A stretch of 64,000 nt of DNA, from NCBI GenBank assembly GCA_022703585.1, contig JAKLDJ010000004.1, forward strand, positions 71,594-135,593, in the 5' to 3' direction. A program made the translations under genes and the position numbers. The notes under the pieces were generated by a model that saw only the letters and a list, made by a program, of their open reading frames with translations, did no database searches and had not been told where the DNA came from. Each line of letters opens with the position of its first letter. Position 1 is the first letter of the stretch. This document shows positions 11,028 to 21,028 of the stretch, piece after piece. The DNA comes from Candidatus Omnitrophota bacterium (lineage in GTDB: Bacteria; Omnitrophota; Gorgyraeia; Zapsychrales; JAKLDJ01).

Positions 11028-11755
11028 TTATTTTTCCGGCCATCGATATCAAAGAAGGAAAGGTCGTCCGGCTTTCGCAGGGGAAATTTCATGAATCAAC
11101 CATCTACTCCAGTGATCCGGTTTTAATAGCAAGAAAATGGGCATCGAGCGGCGCCGCCTGGCTTCACGTGATTGATTTAGACGGCGCCGAACAAGGCGAA
11201 ATAAAGAATCTAGCCGCCATCGAGAAAATCGTAAAATCAGTAAAGATCCCCGTCCAGATGGGCGGCGGCATACGAACCCATGACGACATCGCAAGGCTTT
11301 TCGCCTGTGGTGTTGCCCGTGTCATCTTAGGGACAAAGGCGGTAGAAAATAGGGAATCTTTAAAGAAACTCCTGGAAGAATGGCCGGAGAAAATCATCGT
11401 TAGCCTGGATTGCTCCCGGGGAATTGTCACCCAAAAGGGATGGACTGCCGTGTCGAATTTAAGAGGTGATGCATTTGCCAAAGAACTCGAGCAGATAGGG
11501 TTAAAAACCTTGATTTATACGGACATCGCCCGTGACGGCACTCTCACCGGCCCGAATATTAAGGGCATCGCAGAAATCCTTAAAGCGGTTAAAATTCCGG
11601 TCATTGCCTCCGGCGGTATTTCTCAGCTTGACGACATTATCGCACTTAAGGAACTTGAGCCGAACGGCCTCAACGGCATTATCATCGGAAAGGCGCTGTA
11701 TGAAGGCCGTTTTGAACTAACCGACGCTATCAAATTATGCTTACCAAAAGGATAA
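11024..11755 (+). CDS. hisA: ProFAR isomerase (1-(5-phosphoribosyl)-5-[(5-phosphoribosylamino)methylideneamino]imidazole-4-carboxamide isomerase)
   Basis: [18 protein letters not shown]-terminus and (beta/alpha)8 HisA family features. Confidence 0.93.
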   Translation: MIIFPAIDIKEGKVVRLSQGKFHESTIYSSDPVLIARKWASSGAAWLHVIDLDGAEQGEIKNLAAIEKIVKSVKIPVQMGGGIRTHDDIARLFACGVARVILGTKAVENRESLKKLLEEWPEKIIVSLDCSRGIVTQKGWTAVSNLRGDAFAKELEQIGLKTLIYTDIARDGTLTGPNIKGIAEILKAVKIPVIASGGISQLDDIIALKELEPNGLNGIIIGKALYEGRFELTDAIKLCLPKG

Positions 11756-12492
11756 TACCCTGCCTGGACGTCAAGGACGGCCGGGTGGTAAAGGGAATTA
11801 AATTTCTCCAGCTACGCGATGCCGGAGATCCGGTGGAGGCCGCCAAGGCCTATGACCGGACCCAGGCGGATGAAATCGTTTTTCTGGATATTACCGCGAG
11901 TTTTGAAAAACGAAAAATCATTTTAGACGTCGTTAAGAAAACCGCGGAAGAAGTTTTTATGCCGCTCACGGTAGGCGGAGGAATTAACACCATCGATGAC
12001 ATCCGGAACTTACTCATCGCCGGGGCCGATAAGATTTCAATTAACACCTCGGCAGTCGAAAACCCAACGTTGATCACCGAATCGGCCCGGCGTTTCGGTA
12101 GCCAGTGTATCGTCGTCGCCATTGACGCCAAGAAGGAAAAAGACGGCTGGAGAGTTTATACGCACGGCGGCCGTAATCTTACCGATAAAGATGCCGTTAT
12201 TTGGGCCAAAGAGGCCGAACGCTTAGGGGCCGGCGAGATTCTTTTGACCAGCATGGATAAGGACGGCACCAAAGACGGCTTTGATATTGCCCTCACCCGT
12301 GCGGTTTGTGACGCGGTTAATATCCCCGTGATCGCCTCCGGAGGTGCAGGGACACTTGAACATTTTTATGCTATACTTACACAAACCTCCGCCGACGCGG
12401 CGCTGGCGGCATCAATATTTCATTACGGAGAAATCCCTATTCCGGAAGTTAAAAAATACTTAAACGACAAAAAGGTGGCGGTGCGATTATGA
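11737..12492 (+). CDS. hisF: Imidazole glycerol phosphate synthase cyclase subunit
   Basis: [18 protein letters not shown]-terminus characteristic of HisF. Confidence 0.95.
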   Translation: MLTKRIIPCLDVKDGRVVKGIKFLQLRDAGDPVEAAKAYDRTQADEIVFLDITASFEKRKIILDVVKKTAEEVFMPLTVGGGINTIDDIRNLLIAGADKISINTSAVENPTLITESARRFGSQCIVVAIDAKKEKDGWRVYTHGGRNLTDKDAVIWAKEAERLGAGEILLTSMDKDGTKDGFDIALTRAVCDAVNIPVIASGGAGTLEHFYAILTQTSADAALAASIFHYGEIPIPEVKKYLNDKKVAVRL

Positions 12493-12842
12493 TGAATACC
12501 GAGAAAATAATACTGACCCCCAAAACTCTGAGCAAGTTAAAATTTAATGCCCAGAGGCTTATCCCGGCCATCATCCAGGATTACAAAACAAGCCAAGTCC
12601 TCATGCTGGCTTACATGAATCTGGAATCCATCCGGCGCACGTTGAAAGGGAAAAAGACTTGTTTCTGGTCACGCTCCCGGAAAGAATACTGGGTTAAGGG
12701 GATGACCTCGGGCCATTTTCAATTTGTTAAAGGGATTTATTACGATTGCGACTGCGATACGCTTTTAATCAAGGTCAAACAAATCGGCGCTGCCTGCCAC
12801 ACAGGTAAAAAAAGCTGCTTTTACAGGAAAGTTAGAGTTTAA
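12489..12842 (+). CDS. hisI: Phosphoribosyl-AMP cyclohydrolase
   Basis: 117 aa. HisI motifs (SRSRxxxWxKGxTSG, CDCDT...HTG). No fused HisE pyrophosphohydrolase domain. Confidence 0.9.
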   Translation: MMNTEKIILTPKTLSKLKFNAQRLIPAIIQDYKTSQVLMLAYMNLESIRRTLKGKKTCFWSRSRKEYWVKGMTSGHFQFVKGIYYDCDCDTLLIKVKQIGAACHTGKKSCFYRKVRV

Positions 12843-14342
12843 ATGGTTCATCCGTCCAGCTCAGAATTCTTAACGTTATCACAAAAAGGGAACCTGATTC
12901 CTATTTACAAGGAAATCTTAGGGGATTTGGAGACGCCCGTCTCCGCCTATTTTAAGCTGGCACAGCATGCCAAATATTCTTTTTTGCTGGAATCCGTCGA
13001 GGGCGAAGAAAAGATAGCCCGCTACTCGTTTTTAGCAAAAGACCCTGAGTTGGTCTTTGAGAGCAAAGACCGTACCGCGCAGATTATTCGCTTTGAAAAC
13101 GATAAGCCTGTCCGAAACCAGTTTAAAATCGTCGATTCTCCGCTTTCATTTTTACGGGAGATCATGGCTCAATATAAACTGGTGCCGATTGCGGGGCTGC
13201 CGCGTTTTTGCGGCGGGATGGTCGGATTCTTAGGGTACGATACCGTGCGCTTCTTTGAAAACCTTCCCCATAAACCCGTCGACACTCTGTCTCTTCCGGA
13301 TGCCCTGTTTATCCTCGCTAAGAACTTGGTTATCTTTGACCATGTCAGCCACAAAATAAAGATCGTTTCCTGCGCCCACATCAATTCCAAGGCAAGCCGG
13401 CAAGAAAAGCTAAGGGCCTACAGGAAAGCCGAAGATGAGATCGGCAAGCTTATTCATCAGCTCAACATGCCGCTTCCTAAAAAACAAGGGAAGATCACAC
13501 GCCCGGAAAAAATAAAAGTCGCGTCCAACTTTTCTCAGCCACAATTTGAGAAAATCGTTATCGAAGCAAAGAAAAAAATTACGGCCGGTGACATTATCCA
13601 AGTTGTCCTTTCGCAGCGTTTCCGGTTAAAACTTCAGACCGACCCTTTTAATGTTTACCGTGCGCTTCGCTCGGTGAACCCATCGCCGTATATGTACTGC
13701 CTGAATTTTGGCGACCTGCACATCATCGGCTCATCGCCGGAAATGCTCGTACGCTGCGAAGACGGCATCGTCGAAACCCGCCCGATTGCCGGCACCCGTC
13801 CCCGGGGAAAAAACGACGCAGAAGACCAGGCACTCATTAAAGATCTGTTAGCCGATCCTAAAGAACGCGCCGAACATACCATGCTGGTCGACCTCGGCCG
13901 TAATGATTTAGGAAGAGTCTGCAAAAACGGCACCGTCAAAGTTTCCGAATTCATGAGCATCGAGAAATATTCACACGTCATGCATATCGTCAGCAGTGTT
14001 ACCGGCACTTTACGGCACGATAAGGATCCCTTTGATGTGCTACAGGCTGCCTTTCCTGCCGGGACCGTTTCCGGGGCACCCAAAATCCGCGCCATGGAAA
14101 TTATCGACGAATTGGAGACAGTCAGCCGCGGGCCTTACGCGGGCTGCGTCGGATATTTCAGCTTCTCTGGAAATCTGGATACCTGTATCACCATCCGCAC
14201 CATTGTTGTTTCCGGCCGGGATGCCTATGTGCAAGCCGGAGGAGGCATTGTCGCGGATTCAAACCCAAAGAACGAATATCTCGAGACCGTCAACAAAGCC
14301 AAAGCTCCGATGATGGCCATTCATATGGCACAAGAGCATTAA
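12843..14342 (+). CDS. Chorismate-utilising enzyme, anthranilate synthase component I / aminodeoxychorismate synthase family (TrpE/PabB)
   Basis: 499 aa. Chorismate-binding C-terminal domain (GAPKIRAMEIIDELE, GGGIVADS). There is no adjacent trpG/trpD, so TrpE versus PabB cannot be resolved. Confidence 0.8.
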   Translation: MVHPSSSEFLTLSQKGNLIPIYKEILGDLETPVSAYFKLAQHAKYSFLLESVEGEEKIARYSFLAKDPELVFESKDRTAQIIRFENDKPVRNQFKIVDSPLSFLREIMAQYKLVPIAGLPRFCGGMVGFLGYDTVRFFENLPHKPVDTLSLPDALFILAKNLVIFDHVSHKIKIVSCAHINSKASRQEKLRAYRKAEDEIGKLIHQLNMPLPKKQGKITRPEKIKVASNFSQPQFEKIVIEAKKKITAGDIIQVVLSQRFRLKLQTDPFNVYRALRSVNPSPYMYCLNFGDLHIIGSSPEMLVRCEDGIVETRPIAGTRPRGKNDAEDQALIKDLLADPKERAEHTMLVDLGRNDLGRVCKNGTVKVSEFMSIEKYSHVMHIVSSVTGTLRHDKDPFDVLQAAFPAGTVSGAPKIRAMEIIDELETVSRGPYAGCVGYFSFSGNLDTCITIRTIVVSGRDAYVQAGGGIVADSNPKNEYLETVNKAKAPMMAIHMAQEH

Positions 14343-14417
14343 CCGTTGTAAGCACATCATTAAAAGACGCATTAAACTGTTTAATTAAACGTCAACACAA
14401 AAAGAAAGAGGGTAAAC

Positions 14418-14663
14418 ATGGAAGTAAGAATCAGGTTACAAAAAGTAGGACAAACCGCAAAAAAAAGATACAACTACCGGATTGTTGCCATAAACCGCAG
14501 CAATTCACGCCAAGGCAGACATCTGGATATTATCGGATATTACGATCCTGCCAAAAAACCGGCGGTTTTATCGTTTAACCAGGAAAAATTAAACACATGG
14601 ATTAAAAAAGGCGCCCGGATGTCGGACACCGTCAAAAGCCTTATTGCCAAAAAGAAAGGGTAA
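14418..14663 (+). CDS. rpsP: 30S ribosomal protein S16
   Basis: 81 aa, MEVRIRLQKVG...YRIVA...GYYDP S16 signature. Confidence 0.95.
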   Translation: MEVRIRLQKVGQTAKKRYNYRIVAINRSNSRQGRHLDIIGYYDPAKKPAVLSFNQEKLNTWIKKGARMSDTVKSLIAKKKG

Positions 14664-14666
14664 ATC

Positions 14667-14957
14667 ATGCCACCAGAACAATCCGGAAATCCTTTTGGAT
14701 CGCTATTGATATTTGTTTACGCGGCTATTTTTATGATCTGGTATTTCCTGGTTATCAAGCCGAACCGCGAAAAACAAAACCAGCAGAAGAAAATGCTCAC
14801 GAATTTAAAGAAAAATGATGAGGTTGTAACCGTCGGGGGAATTCACGGCACCATCGTTAACGTTAAAGAGACCACCGTCATTGTCCGCATCGACGATAAC
14901 GTCAAGATGGAAGTAGATAAAGAGGCGGTCACAACCATTACCAAGGTCGCCGGTTAA
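14667..14957 (+). CDS. yajC: Preprotein translocase subunit YajC
   Basis: 96 aa. Single TM helix plus the conserved YajC C-terminal segment (VVTVGGIHGTIVNVKETTVIVRIDDNVKMEV). Sits upstream of secDF. Confidence 0.85.
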   Translation: MPPEQSGNPFGSLLIFVYAAIFMIWYFLVIKPNREKQNQQKKMLTNLKKNDEVVTVGGIHGTIVNVKETTVIVRIDDNVKMEVDKEAVTTITKVAG

Positions 14958-14995
14958 ACTGTTTAAACACCTGAACACAAAAGAAAGGTTTTTAA

Positions 14996-17200
14996 ATGAG
15001 TAAAAGCTTACGAGGAAGAATCCTTCTTATTTTAGGCGTTATTGCCGCTTCGCTTTATTTTGCCTTTCCGCTCGAAAAACGAATTAATCTCGGGCTTGAC
15101 CTTAAAGGCGGTATGCATATTGTCTTAAAGGTTGAAACCGAGAAATTATCGGAAAATGCAAAGAGCGATGCCGTCATGCGCGCCATTGAGATTTTAAGAA
15201 ACCGCATCGATAAGCTCGGCGCCGCCGAAACACTCATCCAGCGGCAAGGCGAAACCGAAATCGTCATCCAGCTGCCCGGGGTTACCGACCGGGACAAGGC
15301 CATGGCTGTTATCGGAAAAGTGGCGCAGTTGGAATTTAAATTAGTATCCTCAGATCCTGCCCAGCTTAAAGAGGCGCTTACCGGAAATGTCCCCGAAGGC
15401 TTTGAACTTAAATATTTAAAGAAAGAAGACAACAAGCCGATCCTGCTTAAAAAGGAAGCCTCGTTAGGCGGTGATGTTGTCAGTGACGCAAAGGTTGATT
15501 TTAACTCAAGCGGATTCGGCGAACCCAGAATATCCCTCGGATTGACCGCCGCGGGCGCCAAGACCTTTGCGGAATTAACCCAGAATAACGTCGGTGAACG
15601 CCTGGCAATCGTTTTGGATGGCGAAGTGCTTTCGGCACCCAATATCCGCGAACCCATCCTTAGCGGGGACGCGGAAATATCCGGGATGTTTACATTTGAC
15701 GAGGCATCACTCTTGGCGTTATCACTGCGTTCCGGTGCCTTACCGGCTCCTTTGCGGGTAGAAGAGGAGCGCACCATTGGACCCTTATTAGGCCAGGACT
15801 CCATCCGCGCCGGTATCAATGCCAGCATCATCGGTTCTGTGGCCCTTTTTATTTTTATGGCACTGTATTACCTGCTAGCCGGCGTCGTTGCCGATATCGC
15901 CCTGGGACTAAACTTTCTCATTATTTTAGGCATCATGGGTTTTGTCAATATGATGCTGCCCGACACGCAAATGACATTAACCTTACCTGGCATCGCGGGT
16001 ATCATCCTGACTTTGGGTATGGCGGTTGACGCCAACGTGCTCATTAACGAGCGCATCCGCGAGGAACTGAAAATCGGAAAGCCCTTAGCCGTTGCCATCC
16101 ATAATGGTTACCACAAAGCCTTCAGCGCAATTTTCGACTCAAACCTGACCACCTTGATCGCGGCGTTTATGCTTTTTCAATTCGGCTCAGGCCCAATAAA
16201 GGGATTTGCGGTTACATTAACCATCGGTCTTGTCGCGAGCTTATTTACGGCATTAACCGTTACCCGGACTATCTTTGATGTCCTTTTGCATTTTAAGACG
16301 ATAAAATCCTTGCCCATGCTTCATTTTTTCCGGGAAACCAAAATTGATTTTATCAGCAAGCGATATTTCTGTTACGCCCTTTCGATCATTTTGATTGCCG
16401 CCGGCATGTTTAGCTTATATTCAAAGAAACAAAGTGCCTACGGCATTGATTTTGCCGGAGGGCAGATCCAGGAATACAAGTTCCAGAAACCTGTTGTCGC
16501 CCAGGAATTACGGCAACTTCTTAAAGAAGGCGGATTAAGCGATGTGGTTATTCAGCAATTTGATAAAAACCCCGAAGTCATTATGCTGCGCACCAGCGAG
16601 GACACCTACGACAGAGTCACCGGCATCTTAAAAGAAAAGATGCCCGATAATAAATTCGAGGTCATGCGTATCGAGAAAGTCGGCCCCGTCGTCGGAAAGA
16701 TGCTCCGGACACGCGCCGTCATGGCCCTGATATGCGCCCTGGGGGCTATCCTTATTTACGTGGGTTTTCGGTTTAAGCACTTTGATTTTGCCGCAGCCGG
16801 CGTCATCGCGCTTCTTCACGACGTCGTTTTTGGGCTGGGCTTGATGGCCATGACCGGGCGCCAAATCGACCTCTTGATCATCACGGCGCTATTAACCATC
16901 GCCGGTTATTCAATCAACGACACAATCGTTATTTACGACCGGGTCCGGGAGAATATGATAAAAATGCCCAAGGCAAGCTTGCGGGACCTTATCAACTTAA
17001 GCGTTAACCAAACCCTGGCCCGGACAATTTTGACATCCGGCGCCACCATGATTATGGTCATTTCACTCTTCATGCTCGGAGGGGAAGTCTTAAATAATTT
17101 CGCCTTCTGCCTTATCGGCGGATTTATCTCCGGCGTTTATTCAACCGTTTATATCGCATCGCCCTTGGTTTTGGTTTGGGCAAAGAAAAATAAACGTTAA
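14996..17200 (+). CDS. secDF: Protein-export membrane protein SecDF (fused SecD-SecF)
   Basis: 734 aa. SecD periplasmic P1 domain followed by two RND-like 6-TM bundles, with a SecF-like second half. Confidence 0.9.
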   Translation: MSKSLRGRILLILGVIAASLYFAFPLEKRINLGLDLKGGMHIVLKVETEKLSENAKSDAVMRAIEILRNRIDKLGAAETLIQRQGETEIVIQLPGVTDRDKAMAVIGKVAQLEFKLVSSDPAQLKEALTGNVPEGFELKYLKKEDNKPILLKKEASLGGDVVSDAKVDFNSSGFGEPRISLGLTAAGAKTFAELTQNNVGERLAIVLDGEVLSAPNIREPILSGDAEISGMFTFDEASLLALSLRSGALPAPLRVEEERTIGPLLGQDSIRAGINASIIGSVALFIFMALYYLLAGVVADIALGLNFLIILGIMGFVNMMLPDTQMTLTLPGIAGIILTLGMAVDANVLINERIREELKIGKPLAVAIHNGYHKAFSAIFDSNLTTLIAAFMLFQFGSGPIKGFAVTLTIGLVASLFTALTVTRTIFDVLLHFKTIKSLPMLHFFRETKIDFISKRYFCYALSIILIAAGMFSLYSKKQSAYGIDFAGGQIQEYKFQKPVVAQELRQLLKEGGLSDVVIQQFDKNPEVIMLRTSEDTYDRVTGILKEKMPDNKFEVMRIEKVGPVVGKMLRTRAVMALICALGAILIYVGFRFKHFDFAAAGVIALLHDVVFGLGLMAMTGRQIDLLIITALLTIAGYSINDTIVIYDRVRENMIKMPKASLRDLINLSVNQTLARTILTSGATMIMVISLFMLGGEVLNNFAFCLIGGFISGVYSTVYIASPLVLVWAKKNKR

Positions 17201-17228
17201 ACCAAACCTTATTTAATATCAAACTTTA

Positions 17229-17262
17229 GGGAAAAAGGCTCGTCAGAGCCTTTTTCCCTTCT
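17229..17262 (+). terminator. Rho-independent terminator after secDF
   Basis: Perfect 13-bp stem (gggaaaaaggctc / gagcctttttccc) with a gtca loop, followed by a T-rich tract. Confidence 0.7.
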
Positions 17263-17267
17263 TGCCG

Positions 17268-19178
17268 ATGTTTAAATCGCTAAAATTCTTTGTCAATCAA
17301 ACAATCGAAATCGAGGATCTTCTCGCTGAAATCTTTTCCTTTAATTACAAACGTGCCAAATCGGTCGCAGAAGAAGGAGATTTCAGCCAGCGGGGAGGTA
17401 TCGTCGATATTTTCCCTACCAATTTTGACTGTCCTTTAAGAATCGAATTAGAAGGCAACAAGATCCACTCCATCCACAGCATTGATTTAAAGAGCGGCAA
17501 AGCAATCGAGCGTCACCAAATCGTTATTATCCTTCCTAAAAAAACCGCCGGAGGCAAAACCTTTTCTTCCGAGACGCCCTTAAATAGTTTTGTCGACATC
17601 GAACGCGGCGATTATGTCGTCCATAATCAGCACGGCATCGGCCGATTCCTGGGAATCAAGGAGTTTTCAGTCGACGAAAAAACCCTTGAGCATCTTGTTA
17701 TTGAATATGAGGGAGGAGACAGGCTTTTTGTCCCCAAACACGACCTTCATCTCGTACAGAAATACGTCGGCTTCACTAAGAAACCGCCGCGGCTGTACCG
17801 GCTAGGATCCAGCGAATGGAAAAGCGTACGCGCCCGGGTTTTGCGCCAAATCCAGAAATTTGCCGCTGAGCTTTTGCGCCTACAGGCGCTGCGTGCCAGC
17901 TTAACCGGCCACCGGTTTCTGAAAGATACCGACTGGCAGAAAGAATTTGAAAATACGTTTCCTTTTGAAGAAACACCTGACCAAATAAAATCGACAAAGG
18001 ACGTCAAATCCGACATGGAATCCGGCCGCCCCATGGACCGATTGCTGTGTGGCGATGTCGGTTACGGAAAGACCGAAGTCGCCATGCGTGCCGCTTTTAA
18101 ATGCGTCATGGATAACAAGCAAGTCGCCATCCTTGTCCCTACGACAATTCTTGCGGAACAGCATTATTATAACTTTACTCAGCGATTAAAAAATTTTCCC
18201 GTTCGGGTTGCCATGCTCAGCCGTTTCCGCACCCGCCACGAACAACAAGAGAGTTTACGCGGCCTTGCTGAAGGGACGGTCGATATCGTCATCGGCACCC
18301 ACCGGCTTTTGTCGGGAGATATCAAATTTAAAGATTTAGGGCTTCTGGTTATCGATGAAGAGCAGCGCTTCGGTGTCAAGGCTAAAGAGAAGCTTAAACA
18401 CCTGCGCCTGCTGGTTGATGTCTTAACCTTGACCGCAACCCCGATCCCGCGCACGCTTTATATGTCATTGGTCGGTGCCAGAGACATGTCGATCATCAAT
18501 ACGCCTCCTCACAATCGGATCCCCGTATCCACGCATATCGTTGAATTTGACGAAGAACTCATTAAAGACACAATCGAGCGCGAACTGCGCCGAAAAGGAC
18601 AAGTATTTTTTCTGCACAATTGCGTCGAAAATATTGATACAATAGGTAATGTGATAAAGAGGCTCTCGGGCCAAGCGCGCGTGGCGATAGCCCACGGCCA
18701 GATGCCGGCGCGATTGCTTGAGGAGATTATGCTTCAATTTCTCCAAAATCGTATCGATGTTTTGGTATGCACGACGATTATCGAATCGGGAATTGACATT
18801 CCCAACGCGAACACGCTCATTGTTAACCGCGCGGACCGTTTTGGGTTAGCGGATCTGCACCAGCTAAGAGGGAGGGTGGGACGTTTTAACACCAAGGCCT
18901 ACGCCTATTTTATCGTTCCGCCGCGGCAAACATTGTCCTCGCAAGCTAAAAATAGACTCAAAGCCCTGGAGCAATTTAGCGCACTGGGCTCGGGATTCAA
19001 TATCGCCTTTGAAGATTTACAAATAAGGGGAGCGGGAAATCTTTTGGGGCCGCAGCAGCACGGACATATTTCGGCGGTAGGATTCGATCTTTACTGCCGC
19101 TTGTTAAAAGAATGCGTCGAAAACTTACGAAAGGAAACAGAAAATAATGTTTACCACCAGCCTAAAAATGAAAACTAG
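17268..19178 (+). CDS. mfd: Transcription-repair coupling factor homolog lacking the N-terminal UvrB-homology module and C-terminal D7 (mini-Mfd)
   Basis: RNAP-interacting Tudor-like domain (HGIGRFLGIKEF...GGDRLFVPKHDLHLVQKY), SF2 translocase motifs (GDVGYGKTEVA, DEEQRFG, QLRGRVGR) and a TRG-like motif. Only ~637 aa against ~1150 for canonical Mfd. The track ORF begins with TTG at 17262; I preferred the ATG at 17268. Confidence 0.8.
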   Translation: MFKSLKFFVNQTIEIEDLLAEIFSFNYKRAKSVAEEGDFSQRGGIVDIFPTNFDCPLRIELEGNKIHSIHSIDLKSGKAIERHQIVIILPKKTAGGKTFSSETPLNSFVDIERGDYVVHNQHGIGRFLGIKEFSVDEKTLEHLVIEYEGGDRLFVPKHDLHLVQKYVGFTKKPPRLYRLGSSEWKSVRARVLRQIQKFAAELLRLQALRASLTGHRFLKDTDWQKEFENTFPFEETPDQIKSTKDVKSDMESGRPMDRLLCGDVGYGKTEVAMRAAFKCVMDNKQVAILVPTTILAEQHYYNFTQRLKNFPVRVAMLSRFRTRHEQQESLRGLAEGTVDIVIGTHRLLSGDIKFKDLGLLVIDEEQRFGVKAKEKLKHLRLLVDVLTLTATPIPRTLYMSLVGARDMSIINTPPHNRIPVSTHIVEFDEELIKDTIERELRRKGQVFFLHNCVENIDTIGNVIKRLSGQARVAIAHGQMPARLLEEIMLQFLQNRIDVLVCTTIIESGIDIPNANTLIVNRADRFGLADLHQLRGRVGRFNTKAYAYFIVPPRQTLSSQAKNRLKALEQFSALGSGFNIAFEDLQIRGAGNLLGPQQHGHISAVGFDLYCRLLKECVENLRKETENNVYHQPKNEN

Positions 19179-20106
19179 CATTCTGGTTTTTCTTCTCATC
19201 CTTGCCGGCCTACCGTCCTTACCGGCAGCGGCACAGACCGTTGATGATGCGATTATCGCCGTAGTCAATAGCGATGTCATCACTCTCAAAGATCTGCATG
19301 AGTACTTAAGCGCTTTTTCCATGCAGCTTTCTGCGGAAGGAAAAACCGAAGAGGAAATGCGAGAAATTACCAGTCAGTATGCCGCCGACGGCCTAACCCG
19401 CCTGATTGAAGACAGGCTTATTGTTGATGAAGCCAATCGCAAAGGAATAATTATACGACCGAAACTCATCGAAGATAAGATCAACGAAATAAAAAAACAA
19501 TACCCATCCGATAAGGAATTTATCGCGGCCGTTACCGCGGAAGGCCTAACCCTGTCGGACCTCCGCAAGAAAATCACCGACCAGTTCAAGACCCGATATA
19601 TCATCGACGAAGAAATAAAATCAAAGATCCAGGTCAGCCCTCAAGAGGTTACCGACTACTATCAAAAGAATATCGATCAATTTCAGCGGCCCGAAAGCGT
19701 TGACCTTCTTTCAATTGCCATACCTCATACGGATAGCGATAAAGCGGAGGCTCAACAACGGATAGAAGACGCCATGTCCCGGATCAAAAAAGGTGAAGAT
19801 TTCATCGAAATCGCCAAACAGTATTCCCGCACACCATCCGTGGGCTTGATCTCAAAAGGGCAAACGCTCCCCGATATCGAAAATGTGGTTTTTAAATTAA
19901 AAGAGGGTGAGGTGTCTCCGGTTGTCGAAACCGCTACGGGGCTGTACATATTTAAGGCTAAACAAAAATACCCGCCCCGGCAAAATTCTCTGGATGACGT
20001 CAAAGACAATATCTACGGAATGCTTTTCCAACAGAAAATGCGATACCAGCTGACAACCTGGATCGAAGGACTCAAGAAAAATGCCTATATCGAGATTAAA
20101 AAATAA
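19147..20106 (+). CDS. Periplasmic chaperone / peptidyl-prolyl isomerase, SurA/PrsA (parvulin) family
   Basis: Signal peptide, SurA_N-like chaperone region and a PpiC-type rotamase segment (SVGLISKGQTLPDIENVVFKLKEGEVSPVVETATGLYIFK). The start could instead be the ATG at 19168. Confidence 0.75.
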   Translation: MFTTSLKMKTSILVFLLILAGLPSLPAAAQTVDDAIIAVVNSDVITLKDLHEYLSAFSMQLSAEGKTEEEMREITSQYAADGLTRLIEDRLIVDEANRKGIIIRPKLIEDKINEIKKQYPSDKEFIAAVTAEGLTLSDLRKKITDQFKTRYIIDEEIKSKIQVSPQEVTDYYQKNIDQFQRPESVDLLSIAIPHTDSDKAEAQQRIEDAMSRIKKGEDFIEIAKQYSRTPSVGLISKGQTLPDIENVVFKLKEGEVSPVVETATGLYIFKAKQKYPPRQNSLDDVKDNIYGMLFQQKMRYQLTTWIEGLKKNAYIEIKK

Positions 20107-21028
20107 GATAATAGGAATCACGTTAGGGGATCCGTCAGGGGTGGGGCCGGAGATTATCGCTAAGGCGTTGGCAAAACCGGCCATGAGAGCGTTGGCGGAT
20201 TTCTTGGTCATCGGCGACCTGAACATCTACCGTCGCTATCAGCCCCGGGGATTAAAAAACTACGAATTTCTGGATCTAAAAAATGTCCCCCCGGGACAAT
20301 TTATCCTCGGCAAGGCCAATCCTACCAGTGCCCGGGCTGCAATCGAATACCTTCAAAGAGCCCTTGAGATGATCAAACAAAAGAAAATTTCTGCCCTCGT
20401 CACCGGGCCGGTGTGCAAAGAGGCCATCTGCGCGCTGGGATTTAAGTTTCAGGGTCACACCGAGTTTATTGCGGATTATTTTAAAGTCCGGAAATTCGAT
20501 ATGATGTTTGTTTCGCCGACCATTAAAACCGTTGTGGCTACCCGGCATATCCCTTTAAGCCAGGTAAAAGACACCCTTAACATTCAAAAGATTTCAGGCA
20601 CAATACATCTGACGGCTACCGCCCTTAAGAATTATTTTAAAATTAAAAATCCGGCTATCGCGGTTTGCGGGCTCAACCCCCATGCGGGCGAAAAAGGCCG
20701 TATCGGCAACGAAGAAATAACCACCATCGCCCCGGCCATTAAGAAAGCGCAGCAGTCAGGCCTTCGCATCTCGGGGCCTTTCCCGGCAGACACGATATTT
20801 TGCCCGTCCATAGCAAAAAATTACGACTGTATCATCGCCATGTATCACGACCAGGGTATAACCCCCTTAAAAGCCATCCATTTTGACCAGTTGGTAAACC
20901 TAACCATCGGCTTGCCTTTTATCCGCACCTCACCGGCGCACGGGACAGCGTTTAATATCGCCGGCAAGGGCATTGCCGACACAGACTCTCTGTGCGCGGC
21001 CATAAAACTGGCCGCGCAATTATCCTAA
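20081..21028 (+). CDS. pdxA: 4-hydroxythreonine-4-phosphate dehydrogenase
   Basis: GITLGDPSGVGPEI N-terminus and PdxA family metal-binding His residues. Confidence 0.88.
   Translation: MPISRLKNKIIGITLGDPSGVGPEIIAKALAKPAMRALADFLVIGDLNIYRRYQPRGLKNYEFLDLKNVPPGQFILGKANPTSARAAIEYLQRALEMIKQKKISALVTGPVCKEAICALGFKFQGHTEFIADYFKVRKFDMMFVSPTIKTVVATRHIPLSQVKDTLNIQKISGTIHLTATALKNYFKIKNPAIAVCGLNPHAGEKGRIGNEEITTIAPAIKKAQQSGLRISGPFPADTIFCPSIAKNYDCIIAMYHDQGITPLKAIHFDQLVNLTIGLPFIRTSPAHGTAFNIAGKGIADTDSLCAAIKLAAQLS

Noticed and set aside
15055-15831. 258-aa minus-strand ORF
   Set aside because: Entirely antisense to the well-supported secDF gene. Low-complexity Ser/Ala/Pro composition typical of a shadow ORF.
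17262-17267. TTG start for mfd as given by the ORF track
   Set aside because: It overlaps the terminator T-tract of secDF. The ATG two codons downstream is more plausible, though either is possible.
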